A stretch of 62,848 nucleotides of DNA, filler included, from Octopus bimaculoides (GCF_001194135.2; 4 parts of 4 records of this genome joined end to end with filler, not necessarily neighbours in it), one strand, 5' to 3'; positions 48,246-62,129 are shown, counted from the whole stretch's first letter. Notes: generated from the letters alone by a model not told the origin. Made by a program: numbers and translations.

Positions 48246-51200
48246 CATGTTGGTGCGTTTACATCCCCGTCACTTAGTGGTTCGGCAAAAAGTAACTGAT
48301 AGAATAAGTATTAGGCTTACAAAGAATAAGTCCTGGGGTCGATTTGTTTGACCAAAGGTGGTGCTCCAGCATGGCTGCAGTCAAATGACTGAAACAAGTA
48401 AAAGAATTAAAAAAAAAAAAAAAGGGAATAAAGTCTATTTTCAGTAAAGTGTGATTTCAAAATGTTTTTTTCCTTTAGATCCTCATCAGCAGGTTCAAGG
48501 CCAAATGTAAATAGTTATTTTTTTTGTTTTGTAGAAAACTATGTAATATTGGTTTGAAATGGCAGTACAAGGCCAACAATTTGGGGAGAGAGACTAAGTC
48601 AGTTACATCAACCCCAGTGTTCAGCTGGTACTTATTTTTATCGACCCTGAAAGGATGAAAGGTAAAGTGAACCTCAGCAGAATTTGAACTCAGAAAATAC
48701 GAAAAGCCCCTAAGCATTTTGCCTGGTAAGCAGACGATTCTGCCAGTTTGCCACCATAAAACTATGTAATATTAAAAATATAAAAATATGGCAACAAGTT
48801 GGCAGAATCGTTAGCATGGTGGGCAAAGTGCTTATTGGTATTTTGCCTGTCTTTACATTTTGAGTTCAAATTCTGCTGATGTCTGACTTTGCATTTCATC
48901 CTTTCAGGGTCAATAAAATAAGTACCAGTTGAGTACTGGGGTCGATCTAATCGACTTACCTCTTCTCCCGAAATTGCTGGCCTTGCGTCAAAATTTGAAA
49001 CCAATAGTAAAAATAAAAAGGAAAATATTTATACAGCAGAAAAAAAAAAAAGATGCAATAAAAAGTAATTAAAATTATTTAAAAATTTTGCTCAGCTTCC
49101 TTTCATTTTCCTCTTTCATAGTTGCAGACATGACTGTGTGGTTGGAAAATTTGTTTCACAACCATATAGNNNNNNNNNNNNNNNNNNNNNNNNNNNNNNN
49201 NNNNNNNNNNNNNNNNNNNNNNNNNNNNNNNNNNNNNNNNNNNNNNNNNNNNNNNNNNNNNNNNNNNNNNNNNNNNNNNNNNNNNNNNNNNNNNNNNNNN
49301 NNNNNNNNNNNNNNNNNNNNNNNNNNNNNNNNNNNNNNNNNNNNNNNNNNNNNNNNNNNNNNNNNNNNNNNNNNNNNNNNNNNNNNNNNNNNNNNNNNNN
49401 NNNNNNNNNNNNNNNNNNNNNNNNNNNNNNNCCAAGCATGGAAAAGTTGACATTAAATGACGACCGCAATGATGAAGGCAATTGTAACAATTTTAGTTAT
49501 GCCTTGATTGAGCAAACCTATTAATAAAGGCGTTCTGACCGCAAGCCGTCTTCTGCATTTTTCTTTTGCGTTTTTTTTTTAAAAAATTATTTATATTGTC
49601 AGTTTATTTAGGATTACATTATCCACTATACCTTTAACCTTTGCTTTTAAAAGAGTTTGGCCGTCATAAAGACATTTTGCTTCTGTTTTTTTTTAACCAG
49701 CTGAACTACTGTGAAATCCTTATAAATTATGTCGGACAAGGGAAGTAACTCTTTCATTTAACTTATGAAGTTATCTAATCTAATGACCTTACCGAAGGTT
49801 TTGACAGTAAACTTGATATTCCAGAACTTTATACCATAACTAAGCCCTCTTTCAACTTGACTCAGTGTGTACACTAGTCATTGTGTTGTTGTGGGGTGCT
49901 TGTCTATCTAGGACTAAATCATACTGTTTAGTCTTCATCCTTTAAGATGGTAAGACGCAAATTGAAGGCAATTTGACTACAGTTTCTGGAGCAACCACCG
50001 AGAGACTCCCTTATTAGTCTCCATCCTAATCAAAGACATTCCAACTGTAGCCATCCAGCTTTTCAGACAATTTACCTCAAACGACATTTTCTATCCGTCT
50101 CTTATTTTTTAAATGATATTGTGGCATTGAGCTGCTATATCTAGGAGGTCGGAGATATTTCAACTCATCCAAATGTGGACCTACCCACTAACGAAAATAC
50201 TTGAACGACAACAATATTTTCATCCAGATGCAAGCGTAACTGCATCAGGAAGAAGCTTGCTGTTGGGTTCAGTCCCATTGTGCAGCATTTTGGACAAATG
50301 TCTTTCTCTCAGTTTTATTCTTCCAATTACAATTTTACTGGTCATTCAATGGTTAATGTTTACTTTAACACCTGGTCACTAAAAAAAACAAACAAGTGTA
50401 ATAGGTGTAAAAATATGTGTATCGAACGAATATGAAAACAAAAAAATTGCACCAACGAACCTGGGGGTGGGGAGAGGACTTTAGGAAAATTCACAAGATC
50501 CGATCTTTTTCCTTCATAACTTTTAGGAAAATGGATATCTTTTAATGAAATTTTATTTAAAAGCTTTCAAACGGCATATAGAGAAATTTGTGGGGAAATT
50601 TTTTTCTGAGGGGGTGGGGAAAGGACTTTTCTGAAAGTCTTCTCCCCACAAGAACAAAATGTTCATAGGATTAGTTGTTTCTATGAAGATGTAGAATAAA
50701 GTTCCTCACTTGCAAAAACAGTTAAGAGTTGGTATCAAGTTGGGCATCCAATCACAGAATGCTGCTTCTTGGGTTGGATGAACAAATCTTGTCCAACCCA
50801 TGACTGTGCAAAAAACACATAAGATAATGATGACGATGACAATGGCAGTGACAACCAAGATGATGATGGTCAGGTATGTATATATTTGATAAAAATATGG
50901 AATAGGAGTGGCTGTGTGGTAAGAAGCTTGCTTCCCAACCACATGGTTCTGGGTTCAGTCCCACTGTATGGCACCTTGGGCAAGTGTCTTCTACTATAGC
51001 CTCAGGCTGACCAAAGCCTTGTGAGTGGATTTGGTAGATGGAAACTGAAAGAAGCCCATCGTATATATATATATATACATGTATGTATGTGTCCCCCAAC
51101 CATCGCTTGACAACTGATGTTGGTGCATTTGCATCTCCATCACTTAGTGGTTCAGCAAAGAGAGACTGATAGAATAAGTACTAGGCTTACAGAGAATAAG

Positions 51201-51385
51201 TCCTGGGGTTGATTTGTCTGACTAAAGGTGGTGCTCCAGCATGGCCACAGTCAAATGACTGAAACAGGTGGCCAGGTGTTAAAGTAAACATTAACCCATT
51301 CATTTGCTAAAATATTCCATAGCCCCAGGTCAATCAAAGCCTTGTAACTATTTGGTAAATGGAAACTGAAAGAAGCCTGTTGTAA

Positions 51386-51432
<47 letters not shown>

Positions 51433-52251
51433 TATACATTGATACATATATATGTCTGTGTGTGTGTTTGAATTGCATTTGTCCATCCCTCCCCCTACTG
51501 TTGGCAACCAATGTTGGTTTATTTATGTCTCCATAATTTAGTGGTTAGGCAAACAAGACTGAAAAAGTAAATATCAGACTAAGAAAATTGGTATTGGAAT
51601 CGATTTGTTTGATTAAATCCCTTTCAAGGTAGTGCCCCAGCATGGCCACAGTCCAATGATGAAGCAAGTAAAAGATAAAAGGTAAGACATCCATTTTATT
51701 ATTCTTAGCTGTCATGGGTTGGATGAGACTTGTTGAAGTACTATTCTGTGGTTGGATACTCCTCCTGTTAACAACCCTTCATTTCAAGTACGGTACTCGA
51801 TTCCACTGCTCTTTATACATCAAACCACTGAGCTTCTGGACATGTTTGTGGGACACATAAGTGCTACAGCTGTCCTAGAAATGTCAAGCCTCTGTCTACA
51901 TACAACGGGGGCTTCTTTCAGTTTCTGTGTACCAAATCCACTCAAAAGGCTTTGGTCAGCCTGAGACTATAGTAGAAGACACTTGCCTGAGGTGCCATGC
52001 AGTGGGACTGAACCCGGAACCATGTTGTTGGGAAGCAAGTTTCTTACCATGCAGCTATGTATGTATGTATGTATGTATGTATCTATCTATCTATCTATGT
52101 ATATACTCATGTTATTCCTAATCATATGTCTATATATATGAGAAGGGGTGTGTGTGTGTGTGTGTGTGAACAAACAAGGAATGGGTTTATGGCAGACATT
52201 AAAGAAATTGCAGATGACATGAGAAAATGTTTGTGTATGTGTAAGCTTGTC

Positions 52252-52284
<33 letters not shown>

Positions 52285-52505
52285 AGTCCCATGTAAATAT
52301 GTGTGTGTGTATATGCTGGAGTGTGTATGCGTGTGTGAGAGAAAGTAAAGGAAAGGTTAAGAACGGAAGGGTGGGAGAGAGAGAGAGAGATGTTCCATGT
52401 AAATATGTGTATGTATATGCTGAAGTGTGTATGTAAGTTTGAGAGAGAGAGTAATGGAAAGGCTAAGAAAGAAAGAGGGAGAGAATGTAAAGGAAAGGCT
52501 AAGAA

Positions 52506-52536
<31 letters not shown>

Positions 52537-52942
52537 TGACATTTGAACAAACTCCTCATATAACATTTAATTCTCTTCACTGCCAATATAAAAAAGATAA
52601 CAATTGTACAACAAAACAATGGAAAAAAAATAATACAAAATAAAACAGGAAATCAAAAATTAAAAGAAAAAGTGAAAAAAGAATGTGGGAGGAATGGAGT
52701 AAGAGAGGTGGTGGAGAGGTTACGCTTTTACCTAAACGTTTGACTGTTTGAATTAAGATCCCTGTAAAGTCTTTGGTATTTAGTGACAGGCCTTTGAAAG
52801 AGACCTACGATGGGGTTGCTACATTTGTGAAGGGCAAGCTATGGTCCCCTCAAGCAGGATGGAGGAACACCTGGTCAACCAGCCAAGATGACCCAGTCTG
52901 CAAGCTCTAAACAAAATTTCATGCTGAGAACATGCCCATTGT

Positions 52943-53178
52943 TAAGGGGGGTGCACTGTACAGCCCTGCTCCCCCACTATTCAATGATGCACTCCCTCAG
53001 ATATAGAAAATACAGTTTATAAAAATCTTCCTGCAATACATTTCTTGATGTCTGACCACCATACTTGTCGCTAAGGAGGGGCACTGGACAGCACTGGATG
53101 GCACTGACCCCTCACTATTCAATGATGCACCCACAGTTTTAGAAAATACATTTTACAAAAATCTACCTGCAATACAAT
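52943..53178. repeat. Degenerate 138-bp-period tandem duplication
   Basis: cactattcaatgatgcac...agaaaataca...cctgcaataca at 52975 and 53113. Confidence 0.75.
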
Positions 53179-53485
53179 TAGCATCCTCAGGCACCAAAAT
53201 CTGGTGATGGGCCTGGCTGAGAGTGTATCTGTACTTGTATATTTTAATAAGAAATACCGGGGAAAGAAAAGATGACATTAATGTTTAGTAGTAACTATTT
53301 TCAGAAATGAAATGCATTTAGATGCAGGTGTGATCATGTGGTAAAGAAGTTTGCTTCCCAAATGCATGGTTTTGTGGTTCAACTCCACTGCATGTCGCCT
53401 TGGGCAAATGTTTACTACTGCATGCCTAAGCCAACCAAAGCCTTCTGAGTGGATTTGGTCGATGGAAACTGAAAAACTGTTTGTA

Positions 53486-53518
<33 letters not shown>

Positions 53519-53821
53519 CACCATATTTCATTCTATAACTGCCATCTCTGAAGAGTGCAAGATTACATAATCGGGGTGTTATCTAATGCTCTGTTGAACC
53601 TCTAGTGTGAAGCTGATTGGTAAGATCAGCTGTAATGGATTTTTAACACTGTACACTTTGATCAATGTATATATTTGGTGTGGTAAGAAGCTTGCTTCCC
53701 AACCACATGGTTCTGGTTTCAGTCACACTATGTGGCACCTTGGGCAAGTGTCTTCTGCTATAGCTGCAGGCTGACCAAAGTCTTGTGAATAAATTTGATT
53801 GACAGAAACTGAAAGAAGCCT

Positions 53822-53864
<43 letters not shown>

Positions 53865-54399
53865 CTCTGATTTAAAGCGACAATTTTTAAATATGTATAT
53901 ATGTGTGTGCGTGTGTGTGTGTGTGTATTCATATATATATATATATACACACACACATATATACACACACACATACACACACATATATATACATGCATAC
54001 ACATATATATACATACATTATATGTATATATATATGTGTATGTGTGTGTGTGTGTGTGTGTGCACTTGAGTCTGTATGTTCCTATCTCCTTGTCTTGATC
54101 ATGTGATTACTGTTAATGGGTGTCATTCATTGTCAATATTCTGTGAGAATATGTCTAATCATAGGGAAATATTACCTTGCCTGGAGACAAGTGAGGGTTG
54201 GTGACAAGAAAGGGCATCAGGCTGTAAAATCTTTCTCAACAAATTACACCTGATCCATGCAAGCATGGAAAAGTGAACATTAAATGATTATATTAATTGT
54301 AATACGTTACCAACAATGCTGGGAAGAATTAGGCCACTCTGCAACTTTTTTTTGATTACTTTTGAAATTTGAATAAATTTTACGTCCACTTTATGGACT

Positions 54400-54960
54400 T
54401 ATGATGATGGAAGCATTTTTGTCACCTGCTTCTCTTTTGCTTTCAGTTAAACTTCCAAAACTCAAGACATTTATGTTGTGTGTGGAGAAGCTCTGACAGA
54501 CTGTCCATGTTCCAACTGACGTGTTCAGTTCAATTGAGGATCAATTGAACGAACTCATCTACGGGGGTTCACACTAATCCACCTGGGAATTAGCCAAGTG
54601 GTTGGGATGCTCTCATGATACTATCAGCCATCACCTTCACTCAATGGGCAATCCACCTGAAATGACCCAATTAGTGACATGGTATGCTTCTGCAGCACAA
54701 TAATGTTTGCTTCCATCTTGCTAATTTGATCAAAAATGCTATTCAAGAGCTCAGGTGGGAAGTTCTACTGCTCCTACCAAATTCTCCTAATATAGTGCCT
54801 TCAGATTATTACCTTTCTTTGGTTGCTCTTGAACAGTTTGCAAAACATTTGTCCAACATGGAGTGGAAAACATGACTTAATGAATTCTTTGAGTTGACAT
54901 CCAAAGATTGACAAGCGAGTGGAATATTGGCAAGACATCGTGAACAATGAAGGAAAATAT
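54400..54960 (+). mobile_element. Decayed mariner transposase remnant
   Basis: STWELAKWLGCSHDTISHHLHSMG, LLQHNNVCFHLANLIKNAIQELRWEVL..PNSPNIVPSDYYL (HDNA / YSPDLAPSDY remnants), WQDIVNNEGKY. Confidence 0.75.
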
Positions 54961-55364
54961 ACTGGTTTCAAATTTTGGCACAAGGCCAGCAATTTCCAGG
55001 GGAGGGGCTAATGTAGATTACATCCACCTCAATGCTTAACAAATACATATTTTATCTTCCCGAAAAGGATGAAAGGCAGAGTTGACCCCAGTGACATTTG
55101 AACTCAGAATATTAAAATGGATGAAATGCCACCAGGCATCTTGCCCAGCATGCTAATGATTCTATGAGCTCATCAATCTATGATGTCTTAATATTGGCTT
55201 CAAATTTCTGCACAAGGTGAGCAAGTTTGAGGAAGGGGTAACTGGCCCTTTTTTTATTGACCCTGGAAAGATGAAAGGCAAAATCAACCTCAGCAGGATT
55301 TGAACTCAGGACATAAAGATGGATGGACTGTTGCTAGGCATTTTACTAGTGTACTAATAATTCT

Positions 55365-55606
55365 TATTTCTTTATTACCCACAAGGGGCTAAACATAGAG
55401 GGGATAAACAAGGACAGTCAAAGGGATTAAGTCGATTATATCGACCCCAGTGCGTAACTGGTACTTATTTAATTGACCCCGAAAGGATGAAAGGCAAAGT
55501 TGACCTTGGCGGAGTTTGAACTCAGAATGTAACGGTAGATGAAATACCACTAAGCATTTCGCCCGGCGTGCTAACGATTCTGCCAACTCGCCGTCTTCTA
55601 ATAATT
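55365..55606 (-). mobile_element. Young full-length SINE with Tx1-like tail, inserted in an older copy of its own family
   Basis: Flanked by the 16-bp direct repeat GTGTACTAATAATTCT (55349-55364, 55607-55622). Confidence 0.85.
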
Positions 55607-55856
55607 GTGTACTAATAATTCTGCCAGCCTTAACGAAGGGGAATATTTCATTGATTGATTTATTAAAATTATTATTCATGAAAAACAAGGATTCAAATAA
55701 ATGGTACAATTCAAATGAATTTATCTGACAACCCAATAATTCCAGGTCAAAAATACTGTTCCATTGGAACCATGATTATTTGTCATAGATTCCTTTATCA
55801 GGTTTCATGTTTGCGTTAAACAAAGGTCCCTAGCAGATAATTAGTTCTACCATTAA

Positions 55857-56240
55857 TTCTTTAGCATTGAAACTGGCTGTGTCCAGCCTAAATATTCTAC
55901 TTGTTTTATGTTCAAACCAGTCAGATACAGCCTCACACACCCTACCTGTAATGTCGCATGTTAAAAGCAGCACCCAGCACATATTGCAAAGTGGTTGGCA
56001 TTAGGAAGGGCATCCAACTGTAGAAACCAAACCAAATTAGACTGGAACCTGGTGCAGCTTGCCAGCTCTGGTCAAGCTGTCCAACCCATGCCAGCATGGA
56101 AAACAGACGTTAAAGGATGGTGATGATCATGGTGATGATGATGATGAAAATCTCAGAGCTGCAAGATAATGCATGATTAATTGAATCCTATGTGAATAAA
56201 TAAGCATTACGCTTGACAGAGAAATCTGAATGCTAAAGGG
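55857..56240. mobile_element. piggyBac-like MITE interrupted by an RTE-type 3' element
   Basis: TTAA at 55853-55856 and 56241-56244; the halves match 8045-8254; insert at about 55955-56146. Confidence 0.7.
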
Positions 56241-56440
56241 TTAAGCTACTTACATAACGGTTACATGTAGGAATGGTATTGAGCGATTCTTAGTCATATG
56301 ACTCATGGTTGTGCTTCTTTAAACCTCTCTACATATTCTAAGCTTTGGTTAGAATTCTACATCAGTTACCAAGGATATAAGCACAATCAATAACCAATAA
56401 CTGCACTGATGTCATGTCATGTCCTATCTCTGTATATGTA

Positions 56441-56498
<58 letters not shown>

Positions 56499-56853
56499 CA
56501 TATATATGTGTGTATGTATATACACACACACACGCACATACAGAAGCTTGCTTCCCAACCACATGGTTCTGGGTTCAGTCCCACTGTGTGACACCTTAGG
56601 CAAATGTCTTCTACTATAGCCTCGGGCCAACCAAAGCCTTGTGAGTGGAGTTGGTAGATGGAAACTGAAAGAAGCCTGTCGTATATATATATATATATAT
56701 ATACATGTGTGTGTGTGTGTATTTGTCCTTCCACCATTGCTTAACAACCAATGCTGGTGTGTTTATGTCCCCATATCTTAGCAGTTCAGCAAAATAGAAT
56801 AAGTACTAGGCCTACAAAGAATAAGTCCTGAAACAATTAAAGAATAAAAAGAA

Positions 56854-56891
<38 letters not shown>

Positions 56892-58224
56892 AAAGAAATA
56901 ATTGAGATTGAGTTGAAGCACCAAGTCAGTCCGGTATTATCCGCACTGCTCGAAGTAAGGTGAATAAAATCAAAATAAGCAACAGGATATCAAGTAGTGA
57001 TGCAGTATGACCGTTTGAAGCGACTCCATTTAATTGAACAATGCAAACATTACATTAATTTAAATATAGTGCTATCTTCAGCTGCACAAATGAATAAATA
57101 GAAGTTTAATCAGTTGGACACATTAATATAATTTTACTTAAATATTTTAAAAGCACATGAAGATGGAAAAAATCCATGTTGTCGCTATTGTACCTAAGAA
57201 TAGACTACACTTCCAAGAAATGAAGCAATCGTACTGCAATAGAGAGAGAGAGAAACTATGGTGGTGGAGAAAGAGGTAATTTGGTGGCTCATGGGGCAAT
57301 CACTGTAAAATGTGGCTGGAGAGGACAGTATAAAGATGAAAGATTGATAACAAGTGGAATGGTTTGAGTGTTGAGAAAAGTTTGTTGTATCAAAGAAAAG
57401 CTGCAACTAGAGAAGTTATGTGAGTGTGTCTTGAGGGATTAATTGGGAAAAAAAAGCAGTTAAAAAATGAAGCCCTGAGGACACTATAAGGTGATGCACA
57501 AGCACTCAGCCCTGAGTACATGGCATTTGATCATAGTTCTGAGCTAATGCATTATTTCCTGTTCTTTTGTCATTCACTTAATTTCATATATATATGTATA
57601 TATTTATATGTATATATATATATGTATATATATATATGTATATAAATACTGTTATGTTTTGTTTTTTTTTCCCTTTATTTATATGTATATATATATATAT
57701 ATATAGGGAGAATTCACAAAAAAACAAAAGACGAAGACAGGTGGTGTAGAAAACAAACAGATGTATTAGTATAACGCTCGGGGATTGAAAATGTCTTTAA
57801 TGTTTCGAGAAATGTTTCTTTAATGTTCCACAGAAAGGAACACAGAAAGAAACAAGGAGAGAAAATAAAGAATGTGTAGTGGCACTTCAGATTTATGAAC
57901 TAAACAGAACAGGATGAGACACATGGGAGGAGAGTAGCTGAAGAGGTCACAGGAAGTGTGGTGAAAGATTTCCAGACATAGGAGATGAAATAAGAACAAA
58001 AATAAAATAAATCTGAAGTGAAGATTATGTACTGTGTGTTTATTTGGCAAAAAAAAAAAAAAAAAAANNNNNNNNNNNNNNNNNNNNNNNNNNNNNNNNN
58101 NNNNNNNNNNNNNNNNNNNNNNNNNNNNNNNNNNNNNNNNNNNNNNNNNNNNNNNNNNNNNNNNNNNGCAGTCAAATGACTGAAACAAGTAAAAGAGTAA
58201 AGAGTAAAGAGTATCTGCCTAATT

Positions 58225-58540
58225 ATGGCTGGGAAATAACAGTTTACTCAAAGGAGCCACTCTCAGTTTCCACCTCGACTTCAAGATGGCTTTGGAACAA
58301 GGTGTGGACATTCCTCACTGTGTCCTTGAGAAGATCTTCATACACTTCTTTGATTTTGGCCACCAGCTGAACCTTGGTGTTGCAGACACATAATAATTGG
58401 GGAAATTACAAGACAGGAATTGGGGCTGATGAAGACATAGAAATTCTCTGACAACCACTTGTGACTATTTTCTGGAGCTATGGTAAGAAGTTGAATCCAG
58501 CTGTCACACATATGGCCTTCCAGCAGCAAACCACTCCAGC
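58225..58540 (-). mobile_element. Tc1/mariner-superfamily (maT/DD37D-like) transposase C-terminal remnant
   Basis: AAGRPYV*QLDS...KWLSENFY...QLVAKIKEVYEDLLKDTVRNVHTLFQSHLEVEVETESGSFE*. Confidence 0.65.
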
Positions 58541-59316
58541 AGCCCTGTTCAACAGTTGTTGAATGAATTCTGGGGTGCAGGAAGCGGACGTTAAACGATG
58601 ATGTATGTATGCATGCATGTTTTCTGTCTATATGTATATGTGTGTGTATGTGTGTGTATATATGTATGCAAAAGTGGAGGCATGTGGCTTAGTGGTTAGG
58701 GTAGTGGACTCATGATCATAAGATTGTGGTTTCAATTCCTGGGCGGGGTGACATGTTCTTGAGCAAAACACTTAATTTCACATTGCTCCAGTCCACTCAG
58801 CTGGCAAAAATGAATAATCCTATGATGGACTGGTGTCCCATCCAGGTGGGGAATGTATACACCACAGAAACTGGAAAATCAGCCCTATGAGTCTATATGA
58901 CTTGGGAAGGTTGTATATATATGTATATATATGTATGTAGTGTTATGAAAGTCTCAAGTTGCCATAATTGATGGAAATCTGTCCTTTTCCTCCCCCCCCT
59001 GTTCTTATACCTTCATTATGCTGCCACATCAGAGGCAATGACTGTACAAGGATTAATCAACAGCGACAGTCCTGACTGTAGTCACAACACATACAGACTG
59101 AGTCATCAGGTCGATTTGTTACCCTCTACCTTTCTGTCTTACTCTATGTCACATGTGTGTGTGTGTGTGTGTGTGTGTTTCGAAAAATGAATAGAAATGG
59201 CTTTTCTGATAATCTATCACTTTATTAAAGTGAAAAATTTATCAGAAAAGTCATTTCTATTCATTTTTAAAAACTATATAATACTGTACAAAGGACTTCT
59301 ATTTCTTATTCGACTG

Positions 59317-59356
<40 letters not shown>

Positions 59357-59837
59357 ACACATATCTATATGTGTGTATGTGTGTGAATGTATGTATAGTG
59401 ACTTGATCAATTCCTAGGGATAACTGATGAAGGAATTTTTATATTCCGAAATATCTCATCAGACGATGGAGGATTCAATTACATCAGTTATTACAGTCCA
59501 TTGTTGTTATTAAGGTGTATTGTTGTGCCATTCAAGACACATTATTATTATTTATTATATTTTTTTATCGTTTACTTGTTTTAGTCATTAGACTGTGGCC
59601 ATGTTGGAGCACCTCCTTGAAAGGTTTGAGTTGAACAAATTAATTCCAACACTTATTTTTAAGGTCTGGTACCTATTCTATTGTCTCTGTTGCCAAACTG
59701 CAAAATTTTGGGGAGATAAACAAAATAATACTGCTCATCTTGCCTGTCAAGCAGTGAGGGGGTGGGACAGGTAGACACATATACATACACACACACACTC
59801 ATACGCATATGTATATGTGTGTGTGTGTGTGTGTGTG

Positions 59838-59938
59838 TATATATGGTGCAACCCCTCAGCTTACCAGCCCAGGTCAAACCGTCCAACCCCTGTCAGTATG
59901 GACAATAGACACTAAATGATGATGATGATGATGATATA

Positions 59939-59979
<41 letters not shown>

Positions 59980-60100
59980 GGTGCAGCCCCTCAGCTTACC
60001 AGCCCAGGTCAAACCATCCAACCCCTGTCAGTATGAACAACAGACACTAAATGATGATGATGATGATGATGATGATGATATGTGTGTGTGTGTGTGTGTA
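59838..60100 (+). repeat. Tandem duplication (about 132 bp) of an RTE-type tail between microsatellites
   Basis: tatggtgca.cccctcagcttaccagcccaggtcaaacc...(gat)n repeated twice with few differences. Confidence 0.85.
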
Positions 60101-61483
60101 TGTGCGTGCATATATAAATAATATAAGAGGCTAATTTGTAATTTTACACCCTCAGATCCGATGACTGGCACCCGTGCCAGTGGAGCGCTAACAGCACCAT
60201 CCGAGTGGGATCACTGCCAGAGCAGTGATCTTGCTTCCATGCCAGTGGCATGTAAAAAGGACCATTTGAGCGCGATCATTTCCAGCTTCGCCTTACTGGC
60301 ACTTGTGCCGGTGGTATGTGAACAAAACATTCGACTGACTCCTGTGCAGGTGGCATGTAAAAAACACCATTTAAGCGTGGCCGTTGCCAGTACCACTGGA
60401 CTGGCCCTCGTGCCGGTGGCACGTAAAAAGCACCTACTACACTCTTGGAGTGGTTGGCATTAGGAAGGACATCCGGCTATAGAAACTCTGCCAGATGAGA
60501 TTGGAGTCTGGTGTAGCCATCTGGTTCGCTAGTCCCCAGTCAAATCATCCAACCCATGCTAGCATGGAAAGTGGACGTTAAATGTTGATGATGATGATAA
60601 TGATGATGATGAAAGGCACTAATATATACATCACTAAAGTGACAAAGGGCACTAATGAGCACCAGTATTGCTAGAAATAAGAGTCAAAGCAACTCAATAG
60701 CCACAACAAGCATTAACTTAATGACTGACAAGGGAGGCAAGCTCCCTTTGGCAACAGATATAGCCAGAGCATCAATGGTTTTGCATTTTGATGCTCTGGC
60801 ATCTTAATGCTCATTAGTGGCTCTCACTACGCCTAGGGTTAAACTCAGCTCACCTTGTCAGCTTATAAGACTTCTGTTGAAATCATACACTGATTTCATA
60901 AACGGTAAAAGTGAAAAATAATACAGGTAGCTAATTTGCAATTTTACAACCTATAGGCAGAAATATATATGTCACTATATATAATTGCATACATATAAGA
61001 GGAATGACCACTAGGTGGATTCCTAATATGCTAAAGGTAGATGCCATATGGTCTGACCACTAAGAAAAATTGTTCTCAAGAAAATTCAGCAAACGCCAGA
61101 ACGTAAAGCGAGCAAGACAAATGAAAAGATACAAAATATAGTGATTAGTCACATTCCATGGTTTCATTGTTACCATTTACATAACGTAAATGTCTGCAAA
61201 TCGTCAGTGTGACCGTCACAGAAAATATGTCACTATATGTATCATCATCATCATCATCATCGTTTAATGTCCGCTTTCCATGCTAGCATGGGTTGGACGA
61301 TTTGACTGAGGACTGGTGCAACCGGATGGCTACACCAGGCTCCAATCTAATTTGGCAGAGTTTCTACAGCTGGATGCCCTTCCNNNNNNNNNNNNNNNNN
61401 NNNNNNNNNNNNNNNNNNNNNNNNNNNTTAATTAATTAANNNNNNNNNNNNNNNNNNNNNNNNNNNNNNNNNNNNNNNNNNNN

Positions 61484-61538
<55 letters not shown>

Positions 61539-61544
<6 letters not shown>

Positions 61545-61967
61545 GCAATGGATAAATTGTCACCATTTTATATTTTTAATTTCATCTATTCGCATTGTTT
61601 GTTTTTGATCTTGTCAACTACACAGTATAGTAGAGTCAGTTGGGTACCCCCTTGATTATCATGTGTGGGGTGCAGTTGAGTGAGAGACTAATAAAACTCA
61701 TTGTAACACCAAAGATGAACTTAAGGCAAGGATTATGGCAGTCTTCACAAACTTAAACAAGGAGACTGTCCAGAAGAGTTGCAGAAGATTCCAAAGTCCT
61801 CTGGAGGCCATGGTAGAAGACAATAGCAATTTTATTGAATAAATTTATTCTTTAGTATTTCAAGATAGTTTTATGTAATTTTGGTAAATATGCATCCATT
61901 AAAATGATATATCAGTGTTATTTTCATTTTTGCATAATTTAGACAACAGTTTATTCAATGCACCCTG
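61539..61967 (+). mobile_element. Internally deleted maT/DD37D-like element
   Basis: Degenerate TIR (C/G)AGGGTGCA(T/A)TG(A/G)ATAAA with TA on the right. 61648-61842 reads PLDYHVWGAVE*ETNKTHCNTKDELKARIMAVFTNLNKETVQKSCRRFQSPLEAMVEDNSNFIE*; PLDY implies Asp as third catalytic residue. Confidence 0.75.
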
Positions 61968-62129
61968 TATATATATATATATATATATACATACATACAT
62001 ATATATATATGTATATATATACAGGGGCATAGCTAGGGTGGGGCAAGCAGGGCACATGCCCAGTGTACCACTTTAGTGGTGGGGCACAACTTTGATGCTT
62101 GCCTTGGGTGCCATATATATATATGTCAT

